From an uncultured Acidobacteriota bacterium (GTDB lineage Bacteria; Acidobacteriota; Vicinamibacteria; Vicinamibacterales; SCN-69-37), in contig CAWBZK010000005.1 in NCBI GenBank assembly GCA_963793255.1, positions 76,873-140,872 on the forward strand: a stretch of DNA of 64,000 nt. Direction: 5' to 3'. The translations under genes were made by a program, and so were the position numbers. Below the pieces are notes generated by a model. It was given only the letters and a program-made list of their open reading frames with translations. It did not search any database and was not told the DNA's origin. Of this stretch, positions 32,691 to 43,138 are shown in pieces; positions within the stretch are counted from its first letter, which is position 1, and the number at the start of each line of letters is the position of its first letter.

Positions 32691-33728
32691 TTCATGTCCA
32701 GGATTGGCGGCGTTCAACGCCCGAAGAGATTGAGCCGCTGCTCGCCCTGGAACGCGAGGCGTGGCTCCGCGATCTCGACTGGGACGTTCGAGCCGCATGG
32801 CAGGCGGTCGAGCCGGCGCGCCGTGCCGGCACGCTCTCGGGCTTTGTCGCAAAAGACGATCACGGCCACATCGCCGGGTGGACGTCGTTCCTGCTCCACC
32901 GCGACAACGTGCAGGTGCTCGCGTTCGTGGCGCCGGCGGCCGGCACGACATCGGCGCTCCTCGACGCGATTCTGGCATCGGAGGAGTGCGCCGCCGCGGA
33001 CGCGGTGCTCTTCTGCGTGCGGTCGGCGGCCGACTCGCTGCCGGACGCGCTGGCGTCCCACGGGTTTCGCGTCGAGCCGTACCGGTACCTGGCGGCCGAT
33101 CTCGGCAGGCTACGACGGGTGCGACGGGTCCGACAGGTCCAAGGAACGAACTGACGCAGTCAGCTTCTCCAGTTCACGCGGCGCGATGCGACGCTGGAGC
33201 GCTGACGGCGACCGCCTGGCGCGCCTCTTCGCGCGAGCCTACGACGGCGAGCTCACGACCCGGGCCTTCGCGCCTCACGGGTCCGCCGCGGAGTGGACTG
33301 AGTACGTCGTGACGCTCCTGACGACGACAGGTTGTGGGCGTTTTGTTCCAGGGCTGAGCGTCGTCGCGCCTTCGGCGAACGGCCAGGCGCTGGCGGGTGC
33401 AATCGTCGTGACCGATCTCGCGCCGGGCACGTCGCACGTCGCGCAAATCGCCGTGGACCCTGCCGAGCGAGGCCGTGGCCTCGGGGGCCGGCTTCTGGCG
33501 AGCGCCATGTCCGTGGCGGCGTCTGCCGGTTATGCACGCATGACGCTGCTCGTCGCGGCCTCGAACGCTCCGGCGCGCGGGCTCTACGAGCGTGCGGGTT
33601 TCCGGGATCGATCCACCTTTGTCATCGCGAGGTCGGACAAGGGCGCGCGCCTGAACACCTACGAGTCGCGCGGGTCGACGCACGCGTCCGGCGCACTCAA
33701 CCGCACGGTCGGATCCGTCCCTCGATAG
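32687..33728 (+). CDS. Tandem-GNAT acetyltransferase (frameshift and repeat in the linker, ~33110-33160)
   Basis: QIAVDPAERGRGLGGRLL, TLLVAASNAPARGLYERAGF; start overlaps the csrA stop. Confidence 0.75.
33111..33157. repeat. CGACGGGT/CGACAGG repeat family E
   Basis: cgacaggtccaaggaacgaactgacgc matches the reverse complement of 38578-38604 (25/27). Confidence 0.7.
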
Positions 33729-33949
33729 CGCACACACCGGTGCTCCTGAGCGTCCATCACCAGGAGCATCTTCTTGTAGTCACTCGGCGTCGCAGGCTGT
33801 CGCGCCACCCAGCACGCCTGCTCGTCGCTCGTGAACAGATCCGGGGCCATTCGCTGCGGAACGCCGCAAAGCGTGCAGCACCCCGCCGCGACGTAGAAAT
33901 CGCCCGGAACGTTCTTCGGATGGGCCGGCGTCGGCACCTGACCGGACAT
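33659..33949 (-). CDS. Small ferredoxin-like protein
   Basis: GDFYV..CCTLCGVP..APDLF, V.RQP. Confidence 0.65.
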   Translation of the reverse strand: MSGQVPTPAHPKNVPGDFYVAAGCCTLCGVPQRMAPDLFTSDEQACWVARQPATPSDYKKMLLVMDAQEHRCVRYRGTDPTVRLSAPDACVDPRDS

Positions 33950-34117
33950 GACTTGTGGACGAAAACAAAGGATAACCACGAAGACATGGAGAACTGAAGG
34001 ATTTTTTCGGCGACCCGCGCCTCGTCGCCGAGATCTACCGCACTCCCGATCTGCGGGCGGTGCTGTTCTTCGCGTTCTTCATCCCGCTGGCCGGTGTGCT
34101 CGCAGGGAATGTCTGGG

Positions 34118-35564
34118 TCAGGGCCCAGCGGTCGGCGAAGGTCGAGGTGCCGTCGCGAGGCCTTCCCCCGGCCCCGGCGTGACTTCTCGCCCAGAGGCGG
34201 TGCGCGGCGCGGTGAGCGTCGCCAACCGGCGATCGGCCGCGCGCACCGAGATCTGGTGAAGCGACCGGAGAGCCTGAATACCCTCAGTGTCCAGCAGGTC
34301 CATCGCGGCGTCCTGTTCGGCGTCGGAGAGCACGTCGTCGGCCTCGCGAATCAGGCCGCGGGCCACATCGGCGTCCGGACTGTCGTCGATGCGAACACGG
34401 AGCGACTCGAAGCTTCGCGAGGTCCTCGCCAAGTAACTGACGTCGGTGCCGCACACGTTCGCCGCGACGGTACCGCGAGAAGAACTGGCCGGCGGCGAAC
34501 AACCCGGCGATTGCGGAGGCCACGAACGACAGCCGGCCAAGCCGGTCCGAGGTCAGCGCATCGTTGCGGTGGTAGAAAATATCGGCGGCCGGATGCAGCG
34601 CCAGCCCGCCGACCGCCTTGCCCGACTCCTCGGTGAGCGTGTACTGCATGTCACGCTCGAAGCGCGGGACTGTAGATCACGTTGAGGATGTCGCGCACCA
34701 CGCGGCCCGGGACATCGGCTCGAGCCACGAGTAACTGCGTCACGGCGATGGTTGGCACGGGCTCCGCGGGAATGCGCCGATCCGGACCGTAGAGACCCGG
34801 CGGGAATGAAGGCAGCAACGGTGCCCGGCATCAGCGTGGCCAGCGACTGGTGGTCGCGGATCGGAAGCAGCCGGTATTGTCCGTTGCGGAGCATGCCGCT
34901 CGATCAGATCCGAACGGAGAAACTGCGTGCGGGTCGTCGCAATGTTGTGTCCGGACTCGAGGTCCTCGACATTGCCGCCACTCGGTCGAACGATGGTTAC
35001 TTGGGGCCGACGCCGGGCTATCGGACGATGAAGCCAGGATCCCGTAGTAGTCGAGCACCCGTTCACCAAGCGTCGGCGGATCGCCGTCGCGCCCGGACAC
35101 CGGGATTGACCGGGCCCGCAGGTCGCGGAACTCCTCGAACCGGGCTGTCGTTCGGAACGATGACAAAGAAATACTGAAGTTCGAGCGCCGCGACGTCCGA
35201 ACAGGCCATCGGACCGCACCGCTTCGTCATCGGCGCTGTTGATGATTGCGAGATCGACGCGATCGGTCGGTGCAGAATAGCGACTCGACGTTTCCGGTCG
35301 ACAGTCGTCTCGACCAACTCCAGCTCGTAACCGGACTGCGCGCCAAGTGGCGGTTCAACACCTGCCCGACACGATAGTTCGAGCCGGTCGCCGCGCCGAG
35401 GGCGATGCGGTACTTCCGGCCGCTCCGACCGGACAGCACCTCGGAGACGCGGTCGCGAACCTGGTACGAGAGTCGGGCGCGAGGAACTGCAGCAGCGCTC
35501 CGAGGATCAGGACACTCGCGACAAGAACTGCCGCGGCCACGCCAACCGCCCGCCAGCCACGCAT
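34118..35564 (-). CDS. TAXI-family TRAP solute-binding-like membrane protein (heavily frameshifted)
   Basis: RIALGAATGSNYRVG, AAFIPAG.Y, LALHPAADIFY, C-terminal TM and helical tail across frames. Confidence 0.6.
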
Positions 35565-35596
35565 GACGGGCAGATGGTAGCAGGCTCACGTTTTCA

Positions 35597-35648
35597 GGGG
35601 TCCACGGGGTCCAGGGGTCGAGGGGTCGAGGGGTCGAGGGGTCGAGGG
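35597..35648 (+). repeat. AGGGGTCG octamer tandem repeat
   Basis: Six GGGG tracts at ~8-nt period in a divergent intergenic region. Confidence 0.85.
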
Positions 35649-35665
35649 TGCGCTACTCTGCCGGG

Positions 35666-36270
35666 GTGTCTTCTGAGTACTGGCTCACGACGGAACGTTT
35701 GGGACTACGCCGATTCACGGAGGATGATCTCGACTGGCTCACGACGCTCTACCGCAATGAGAACGTGACACGCCACCTCGGCGGACGGCGAGATCCGGCT
35801 GACGTCGGGGAGATGCTCCGCGTCAGAGTGCTCGAGTACTACGAGCGACATCCCGGCCTCGGTATCTGGATGACGGTCGAACGCGAGACCAGCACGCGCA
35901 TCGGCTTCCACTTGTTGAATCACATTCAGGGTGAGTCGCTGATTCAGGTGGGGTTCGTGCTCGACCAGCCCGCGTGGGGCCGCGGCTATGGAACCGAAAT
36001 GGCGCTCCCCGTCCTGCGCTACGCCTTTCGCGACCTGGGTCTTCCTCGGGTCCATGCCATGGCGACGCTCGAGAACCTCGCGTCGCAACGTGTCCTGACG
36101 AAAATCGGGTTGCATCGAAACGGCGAACGCGCGTTCCCGCATCCGGCTTACGTCGAGGCCGGTCCGATGGCGTGGTTCGACCGAGACAAGGATGAGTGGT
36201 TGGCGGAACGGGGAACGGAGAACGTGGAACAGGGAACGGGGAACGGGGAACGGGGAACCGGGAACGCTAA
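35666..36270 (+). CDS. RimJ/RimL-type GNAT N-acetyltransferase; 3' end runs into a family A repeat
   Basis: LTTERLGLRRF, WGRGYGTE, ENLASQRVLTKIG. Confidence 0.85.
36204..36266. repeat. Family A right arm
   Basis: ggaacggggaacggagaacgtggaacagggaacggggaacggggaac. Confidence 0.8.
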
Positions 36271-36740
36271 CCTATTTTGTCCACTAACTTCGCGCTGGCG
36301 ACCGGGGGCGACAGCACGCGACGATACGCCGCGAGCGTCGTCTCGCCGCGCTCGAGGCCGGCGACGGCGCTGCGTCGAGCCAGCTCGGCGTTGGCGAGAT
36401 CGGCCATCGACTGTTGATCGGTGGCGAGAATGTGGCTCACGAGCGCGGCCGCTTCGCGATGGCGCCGCGCGACCTCTTCATAGCCGGGGATGGCGGTCGC
36501 GAGTTGCCGGTGATCGACAAGCGCCTGGCGAACCGATCGCAGTCCCTCCTCGATCGTGACCAGGCTCCGCATGATCCGGTCCCGTGCGTCGGCGATCTGT
36601 CCGAGCGCGCTGAAATCGGAGTTCTGCGTGGCCTGCCGCTGATCCTTGGCCACGTCGGCCATCTGGCGAAGAAGCGCCAGCTCCGCCTCGATGCCGGCGC
36701 GGTACTGGTCGAGCAGGCCGGCAATCTCGTCGGGTGTCAT
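36267..36740 (-). CDS. FliT/FlgN-like helical chaperone
   Basis: All-helical, coupled to the fliS stop, ends AAYRR...LVDKIG. Confidence 0.55.
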   Translation of the reverse strand: MTPDEIAGLLDQYRAGIEAELALLRQMADVAKDQRQATQNSDFSALGQIADARDRIMRSLVTIEEGLRSVRQALVDHRQLATAIPGYEEVARRHREAAALVSHILATDQQSMADLANAELARRSAVAGLERGETTLAAYRRVLSPPVASAKLVDKIG

Positions 36741-37145
36741 GCGGACGTGGGCGCCGATCCCGCCTGCGCCGGCTTGGCCGCGACCTGCTGCCAGCTGTCG
36801 TGAAGAATCTGAAGAACCTTCTTGACCTCGTTCAGCGGTTTGACTTCCTGCTTGACCGTCGCGTCCACGAGCCGCGACGTCATCCACCCGTAGAGCTCGT
36901 CGAGCTCCTCCGCGATCTTGCCGCCCTTCTCGCGGTCGAGCGACGACTGAAGCTCAGCCAGGATCCCGAGTGCCTTGGAGACGTTGTCGCGGCGCGTCCG
37001 GATATCGCGCCGGGCGGCGGCTTCGGCCGCCGTCGTGACGGCGCGAAGCGCGCCTTCGTAGAACATCACGATGAGCTCGAGGGGCGTGCGTGAACGCACC
37101 TGGGTCTGGAGATACTGCTGCTGCGCCGCGGCCGGTGGTCATCAT
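36737..37145 (-). CDS. fliS: Flagellin chaperone FliS (frameshift near the 5' end)
   Basis: YLQTQV..TPLELIVMFYEGAL, ELQSSLDREKGGKIAEELDELY. Confidence 0.93.
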
Positions 37146-37181
37146 GAAGTGTGAAGTCGGAAGTTAGAAGTCAGAAAGCCA
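37145..37181. repeat. Family B half element
   Basis: tgaagtgtgaagtcggaagttagaagtcagaaagcc. Confidence 0.65.
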
Positions 37182-37192
37182 CCAGCAACCTG

Positions 37193-38506
37193 CTAGAGGC
37201 CGCCGAGAGACGCGCCGAACGTCCCGAGCGCGCCGGATTGGCCGTTGAGGCGGGCCATGGCCGCGTCGGCCTCGGAGAACTCGCGCTGCAAGGCGGAGCG
37301 CTGAAGCGCGAGTCGCGCCTGCATCGCCGTGATTTGAGAATCCATGGACGCGATCTGACGGTTGAGCCGTTCCTTGGCGCCGGAAATGACGCCGCTGCTG
37401 CCCGTGAACTCGTTGAGAATCGTCTCGACGCTCGGGAACACGCCGCCGGCGCCGGCAAATAGCGAGCGCACCTCGTCGCCGTGCGCCGCCACGGCTTCGT
37501 CGAACACCGCGTGGTTGAGCTCGAGTGTGCCGGCCGCCGTGAACTCCACGCCGACTTCGGCCAGCTTCGTCACGATCTCGGTCCCGTGCGCGCCGAGCAG
37601 CTCCGAGCGCAACGCGTTGCGGAGCTGCCGAAGGGCAGGTTCGCGGCCGATGCTGCCGCCATCGCCGGCGGTCGCCGACGCGCGCTGCGCGCTGGCGAAT
37701 TTCGACAGGTTGTTGTACGCGTCGATGAACGCCTGGACTTTGGTGGACAGCCCCTCGGCATCCGGCGCGAGGTCGACGGAAATCGTCTTGTCTGCGTCGG
37801 CCGCTGACACGGTCAGCGTCACGCCGGTCATGATGTCCTCGAACGCGTTGGACGCGCTCGTGATCGGGACGTTGTTGAACAGGATCGACGCGTCGGACGC
37901 CTCCACGGCGTTCGTGCCAAACGTGACGCCGGGCAGCCCGCTCGCGACGGTGAAGGCCGACGCAGCCCCGGTCTCGAGCGAGGTGAGCGCCAGACGATAC
38001 GTGTTGGTGCCGGTGCGCAGGACCGACGCGTTGACGCCAATCCCTTCGGTGGCGTTGATGGCGTCGGCCAGCCCCTGCATCGTCACGTTGCCGGCCAGGA
38101 CGACGTCCACGCCGCCAATCGTGATGGTGCCCGCGCCGGCGACGACCGTGGTGTTGCGATCGGCCGCGCTGGATGTGGAGACGGTGACCTGCGCGCGCGC
38201 GATCTCCTCGACGATCACGTCGAAGTGTCCCGCGGCCGCGCCGGCCGACGTCGACACGGAGACGGCGTTGTCGCTCGAGATACCGGCGATAGTCGAAACC
38301 GAGGAGAGATCGCCGAGGCCGTCGGCCGCCGCCCGAAGCGCCGACACGTTGGTCCCGAATGTATCGAAGGTCGTGATCTGGTTGCGCAGCGCCTTCTGAC
38401 GGTCTTCGAGCGCCGTGAGCGGCGCGCGCGCCTGCTGCATGATCGCGTTCAGGATCTGATTGAAGTCGATGTTGTTGAAACCACTGAACGTGATGGGTGC
38501 CGACAT
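37193..38506 (-). CDS. fliD: Filament cap FliD
   Basis: ITFSG..ID..I..IM, SNAFEDIMTGVTL, FIDAYN, LQREFS. Confidence 0.92.
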   Translation of the reverse strand: MSAPITFSGFNNIDFNQILNAIMQQARAPLTALEDRQKALRNQITTFDTFGTNVSALRAAADGLGDLSSVSTIAGISSDNAVSVSTSAGAAAGHFDVIVEEIARAQVTVSTSSAADRNTTVVAGAGTITIGGVDVVLAGNVTMQGLADAINATEGIGVNASVLRTGTNTYRLALTSLETGAASAFTVASGLPGVTFGTNAVEASDASILFNNVPITSASNAFEDIMTGVTLTVSAADADKTISVDLAPDAEGLSTKVQAFIDAYNNLSKFASAQRASATAGDGGSIGREPALRQLRNALRSELLGAHGTEIVTKLAEVGVEFTAAGTLELNHAVFDEAVAAHGDEVRSLFAGAGGVFPSVETILNEFTGSSGVISGAKERLNRQIASMDSQITAMQARLALQRSALQREFSEADAAMARLNGQSGALGTFGASLGGL

Positions 38507-38637
38507 TGATTCTTCTCGCTCCGGCTTGAGGCTTGCGGCTCAGGGCTGGCGGCCCTCGGAACGAAGCAAGAAAGCCCGCGTCAGCTGGTTCCTTGGACCT
38601 GTCGTACCCGTCGACCCTGTCGTACCCGTGTACGTAA

Positions 38638-38670
38638 ACCGAGACGGGAGCACTAGACTCCCGTCTCGGT
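38638..38670 (-). terminator. Hairpin after fliC (partial terminator or mRNA stabiliser)
   Basis: accgagacgggag-7 nt-ctcccgtctcggt, short U tract. Confidence 0.6.
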
Positions 38671-38687
38671 CGTGACTAACCGATCAC

Positions 38688-39488
38688 TTACTGCAGCAGG
38701 CGGAGCACCGCGCCGCTCTGGGAGTTGGCCTGCGCCAGAGCCGCGATGCCGGACTGCGTCAGGATGCTGTAGCGCGTCAGGTTGGCCGACTCTTCCGCGA
38801 TGTTCGCGTCGCGGATTCGGCTCTCTGCCGCCTTGTTGTTGACGATCTGCGCCTGCGCCAGCGTCATGGCGAACTGCAGACGGTTCTGGATCGTGCCGAC
38901 CGTCGCCTGAGCCTGACCGAGTTCAGCCACGGCCGCCGTGATGGCCGTCACCGCCGCCTGCGCGTTCGTGTCCGTGTCGACCGCGAGCGCGCCCACGCCC
39001 AGCGTGGTGGCGTCGGCCGCGCCGATCGAGCCGCCGATGATGCCGTCCGCGCCGTTGCTGCTCACGAACACCGAGAAGCCCTGCGCCGCGTCGAGGCCCG
39101 CCACGCTCGCTTCACGGTCGATTTCCGCCAGCACGTCCTGGAATTCCGCGTCCAGCACGGTCCGGTCGACCGTCGCGCTCGACGACGCCGACTGCGTGGC
39201 GAGCGTCGAGAGACGATCGAGCAGCGTCGAGATGTTGTTCAGCGCGCCGTCCTTGATCTGCAGCGTCGAGAGCCCGTCGCCGGCGTTGCGGATGCCCTGG
39301 GTCAGCACCGCCACTTCCGAGCGGTAGGTGTTCGCCACGACGAGGCCGGCCGCGTCGTCGCCGGACTTGTTGATGCGGTAGCCGCTCGACAGACGCTCGA
39401 GCGCCTTCTGCAGGCCGACGGTCGTGGTGTTCAAGTTCGCCTGGGCGTTGACGGCCGAGATGTTCGAAACTACTGAAAACGATGCCAT
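38688..39488 (-). CDS. fliC: Flagellin (minimal, 266 aa)
   Basis: LERLSSGYRINKSGDDAAGL, GTIQNRL, AESRIRDAN, QANSQSGAVLRLL. Confidence 0.96.
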   Translation of the reverse strand: MASFSVVSNISAVNAQANLNTTTVGLQKALERLSSGYRINKSGDDAAGLVVANTYRSEVAVLTQGIRNAGDGLSTLQIKDGALNNISTLLDRLSTLATQSASSSATVDRTVLDAEFQDVLAEIDREASVAGLDAAQGFSVFVSSNGADGIIGGSIGAADATTLGVGALAVDTDTNAQAAVTAITAAVAELGQAQATVGTIQNRLQFAMTLAQAQIVNNKAAESRIRDANIAEESANLTRYSILTQSGIAALAQANSQSGAVLRLLQ

Positions 39489-39494
39489 TTACAG

Positions 39495-39535
39495 ATCCTC
39501 CCTGAAGGTCCTTCAGCCGGCGTCCATGCCAGCCT
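39495..39535 (-). promoter_or_regulatory. Candidate CsrA-binding GGA hairpins in the fliC leader
   Basis: ggcATGGAcgcc, ctgaAGGAccttcag and GGAGGA SD on the minus strand. Confidence 0.6.
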
Positions 39536-39567
39536 GCCGGCAGCCCGCGCTGCCAAAGCTAGAGGGG

Positions 39568-39594
39568 TAATCGGGTCGCCCTACGGTTTCTTTA
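39568..39594 (-). promoter_or_regulatory. Sigma28 promoter of fliC
   Basis: TAAA-N15-CCCGATTA. Confidence 0.8.
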
Positions 39595-39629
39595 GTGGTG
39601 GAACGCGACAGACAATCCTGAAATTCCGT

Positions 39630-39645
39630 TGGCAGGATTCTCGCC
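39630..39645 (+). promoter_or_regulatory. Candidate sigma54 promoter of the glycosylation/stator operon
   Basis: TGGCAGGATTCTCGCC = GG-N10-GC, 25 nt before ATG 39670. Confidence 0.5.
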
Positions 39646-39669
39646 ACTTCCGCGGGCGGAAGGAACGAG

Positions 39670-40287
39670 ATGGCTGTCACCACGTTTCCCCTCATTGCAC
39701 GGTCCCGCACGCTATTTCCGCGTTTGGGGCCCTCCACGGGCCCCGTCATTCACCAATTTCCCTCCTCTGACCGCCACCGTCCCCTGACGGCCCCCCGGCG
39801 CCCGGGTGTCGGCTCGCCGACCAGCCCGGAGCGTCAGGGGGCGCACTATGCACCTCCCGATCCATCGCCCAACTCGAACATCGACGCGCTCCTCGACCGC
39901 GCCGTCGATGCAGCCCTCGAGAGCCTGAACCGTCTCGAGCGACAGGCCCGTGATGTCGCCCGCTGGTTTCGTTCGAGCGCCTACATGGAAGCGCGGGAGG
40001 GCCTGCGCGACCTGATCGCGGGGACCGAACGCATTACGAGCCTCGCCGCGGCCTCGGTCGACGCCAGCGGCACCGACCTCACGACGTTCTGCGAAGCGCG
40101 TGGTCTCGCCGTCGAGACCGAAACCGCGTCGCTCATGAACGAGCTGCTTCGTCATCAACGCTCTGACGACGCCCTGGCGCTGGCGGTCACTCTGGAACGG
40201 CGCTTCGTTGCGGCGCTCGAGCACTGGCGTCAACTGTTCTTCGCACTCGGTGAGTCCCCCACCGACCCGTCCGGGCACGCGGCATGA
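39670..40287 (+). CDS. Hypothetical helical protein heading the glycosylation operon; start uncertain
   Basis: Pro-rich N-terminus and helical bundle; stop overlaps the DegT start. Confidence 0.6.
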   Translation: MAVTTFPLIARSRTLFPRLGPSTGPVIHQFPSSDRHRPLTAPRRPGVGSPTSPERQGAHYAPPDPSPNSNIDALLDRAVDAALESLNRLERQARDVARWFRSSAYMEAREGLRDLIAGTERITSLAAASVDASGTDLTTFCEARGLAVETETASLMNELLRHQRSDDALALAVTLERRFVAALEHWRQLFFALGESPTDPSGHAA

Positions 40288-41448
40288 CGATCGCCGCGGC
40301 CCCACCGCTCGTGCCCTTTTCGCCGCCCGACATCGGCACCGCCGAGATCGCCGAAGTCGTGCGAACGCTCGAATCAGGCTGGCTCACGACCGGACCCCGC
40401 GTCCGGTTGTTCGAGGAGCGGTTCGCGGCGTATGTGGGCGCCTCCTACGCGGTGGCGCTCAATTCCTGCACCGCGGGCCTGCATCTGGCGCTTGTCGCCG
40501 CGGAGATCGGGCCAGGCGACGAAGTCGATCACGACGCCCCTCACGTTCTGCGCGACGGCCAACGTCATCGTGCACGCCGGCGCGACGCCGGTGTTTGCCG
40601 ACGTGGATCCGTCGACCGGCAATCTCGATCCCGACGCGACCGCGGCGGCAATCACGCCGCGCACGCGCGCGATCATCCCGGTGCACTATGGCGGCCGTCC
40701 CGCCGACGTGGTCGCGTTCCAGGCCCTGGGCGCGCGCCACGGACTGGTCCTGATCGAGGACGCCGCGCACTGCATCGAAGGCGTCTTCGCCGGCCGCAAG
40801 ATCGGCACGACCGCGGATGCGACCTCCTTCAGCTTCTACGCCACGAAGAACCTGACGACCGGTGAGGGCGGGATGGTGACGACCGAGTCCGCGGACACCG
40901 CGCAGCGGATTCGGACGGCGTCGCTGCACGGCATGACGCGTCCCGCGTGGACGCGCTACGAGCGTGCCGGGCACTGCCAGTACGACGTCGTGATGCCCGG
41001 CTTCAAATACAACATGACGGATCTCGCGGCGGCGATCGGCCTTCATCAGCTGAACGCCATCGACCGCCATCTCGAACGGCGCGAAGCCATCTCGGCGCGC
41101 TACGACGAGGCGCTTGCCGGATCTGCCGCTGTCGACGTTCCCACCCGTGCCAGCGGGCAGCGTCCACGCGCGACACCTCTACACCATCCTCCTGGACGGA
41201 GTCATCGGGGCCCTCACGCGACGATCTCCTTCGGGAACTGGCGGACCAGGGCATCTCGGCCAGCGTGCACTTCCCCGCCGTTCACCTTCACAGCTTCTAT
41301 GCGGGCCGGTTCGGCTTCGCGCGCGGCGACTTTCCGGCCGCCGAACGGATCGCCGACACGGTCGTGTCGCTGCCGTTGTCGCCCGCGCTCACCGACGCGC
41401 AGGTCGACCACGTCATCCGCGCGACGCGGCGTGGCGTTTGGAGCCTGA
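40284..41448 (+). CDS. DegT/DnrJ family PLP aminotransferase (PseC/LegC-like; frameshifts)
   Basis: [45 protein letters not shown]. Confidence 0.92.
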
Positions 41449-41453
41449 CATGC

Positions 41454-42450
41454 ATGGACGCAGGCGTCCACGTGATGTTTGCCGCGACGGCTGGTCCTCG
41501 ACGCGGGTTCGGCCATCTCGTGCGCTGCGGCGTGCTCGCGGACGCGCTCGGTGTGAACCGTGTCGCGGTGCTGCGCACGGAATCCCTGGCGACGACGCGC
41601 GTGGCCCGTCGGCTCGGATGGAAGTTGCAGCAGTGGCGCGACGTGGTCGACGGCGCCCTTCCGGAACTCCTCGTCGTCGACGACCCTTCAGCCGCCCACA
41701 CGGAACACTGGGTCCGTCGTGCCCGGCGGCTCGGCATTCCGGTCGCGTCCGTCCACGACGGCGGGTCGACCGAGGCGACGTCGGACCTTGTCATCGACGG
41801 CAGTGCAGTTTCACACCCTCACGTCAGCCTCCGACGCGTCGCAGGGCCGGCGTTCGCGGTGCTTCGGGATCATGGCCCTCGGCGGCTGGCCCGCTCTGGA
41901 CGGCGAATGGCCGAGCGTGCTGATCGCGCTCGGCGGCGGGGTTCACGTCAAGCGATCCGGCGCTCGTGTCGCCTCCGCGCTCGTGCGGCGAATGCCGCAC
42001 GTGCAGCGTGCATCTCGCCGCCGGCTTCGCCAGTGGATCTCTGCCACGCGTGCCCGCGAGGTGCCGCTGGATCGCCGCGCCCGATGGACTCGCCCGCGCG
42101 CTGTCCAAGCGTCTCCGCCTGTGTGGTCTCGGGCGGCGTCACGCTGTACGAGGCGTGCGCCCTGGGCACGCCCGCCGTCGCGGTCGCCGTGGTTCCCGCG
42201 CAGCGCCCGGCCGTCAACGCTGTCGTCGGCGCGGGTGCCGCGCTGACCGCCGAATCTCGATCGGCCCAATGGGCCCGAGCGGCTGGCGCGAGTCTCGTCT
42301 GCCGCCTGCTCGAGCAACCCGTGCTTCAGCGCGCGCTCAGCCGCAACGCGCAGCGACTCGTCGATGGACGCGGCACAGCGCGGGTCGTCGCCCGCCTGAC
42401 AGAGCTGATGCTTCGCCATCGCAGGGAAACTGACCCATGCCGTCGCGTGA
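41454..42450 (+). CDS. PseG/SpsG-like nucleotide-sugar hydrolase, GT-B fold (frameshifts)
   Basis: GFGHLVRC, LIALGG, GGVTLYEACALGTP, LVDGRGTARV. Confidence 0.8.
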
Positions 42451-43138
42451 ACCGCGAGCGGTCATCTTCGACCTCGATGACACGCTCTATCCATACGAAC
42501 AGTTCCGCGTCAGCGGATTCCGCGCCGTGGCGGCCCACCTGGCGCGCACGCGCCGGTCGGACGAGCGCGCTGTGCTCGCCGCGCTCCTTCGATCGAGCCG
42601 CGGCCCGGACCGCAACCGGGAGATGCAGGCCTGTCTCGAGCTCTTTGCGCTGCCCTCGGACCTTCTCGACGAGCTGCTCGTGATCGTTCGCGACCATGCC
42701 CCGCGCCTCGTGCTCTCGGTCCACGCCGCGTCGGCGCTCAATTTCTTGCGGCGCGCCGGATGGCGCATCGGCATCCTGACCAACGGCGAGCCTGACGTGC
42801 AGGAACGCAAGATCGACGCGCTCGGACTCTGGTCCGCCGTGGACACCGTCGTCTACGCGACGACCTGCGGGACCGGGAACGGCAAGCCCGATCCGGCGGC
42901 GTTTCGCGACGTCGCGCGCCAGCTCGACGTCGAGCCGCATCGTGTCGTCTTCGTCGGCAACGACGAGGTTTGCGACGTCGGCGGGGCCATCGACGCGGGC
43001 ATGCGCGCGGTCCTCTGCAGCGTCTGGGCGCGACCCACGAGCCCAACGCGTGCCCATCGCATCGTGAACCACCTGTCCGAGGTGCCGGCCGTCGCTCAGG
43101 CGTTGCTCAAGGGAGGCTCGTCGTCTCATGCCGCCTGA
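42437..43138 (+). CDS. HAD-family hydrolase
   Basis: FDLDDTLY, LTNG, KPDP, FVGND..D..GA..AGM. Confidence 0.9.
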   Translation: MPSREPRAVIFDLDDTLYPYEQFRVSGFRAVAAHLARTRRSDERAVLAALLRSSRGPDRNREMQACLELFALPSDLLDELLVIVRDHAPRLVLSVHAASALNFLRRAGWRIGILTNGEPDVQERKIDALGLWSAVDTVVYATTCGTGNGKPDPAAFRDVARQLDVEPHRVVFVGNDEVCDVGGAIDAGMRAVLCSVWARPTSPTRAHRIVNHLSEVPAVAQALLKGGSSSHAA

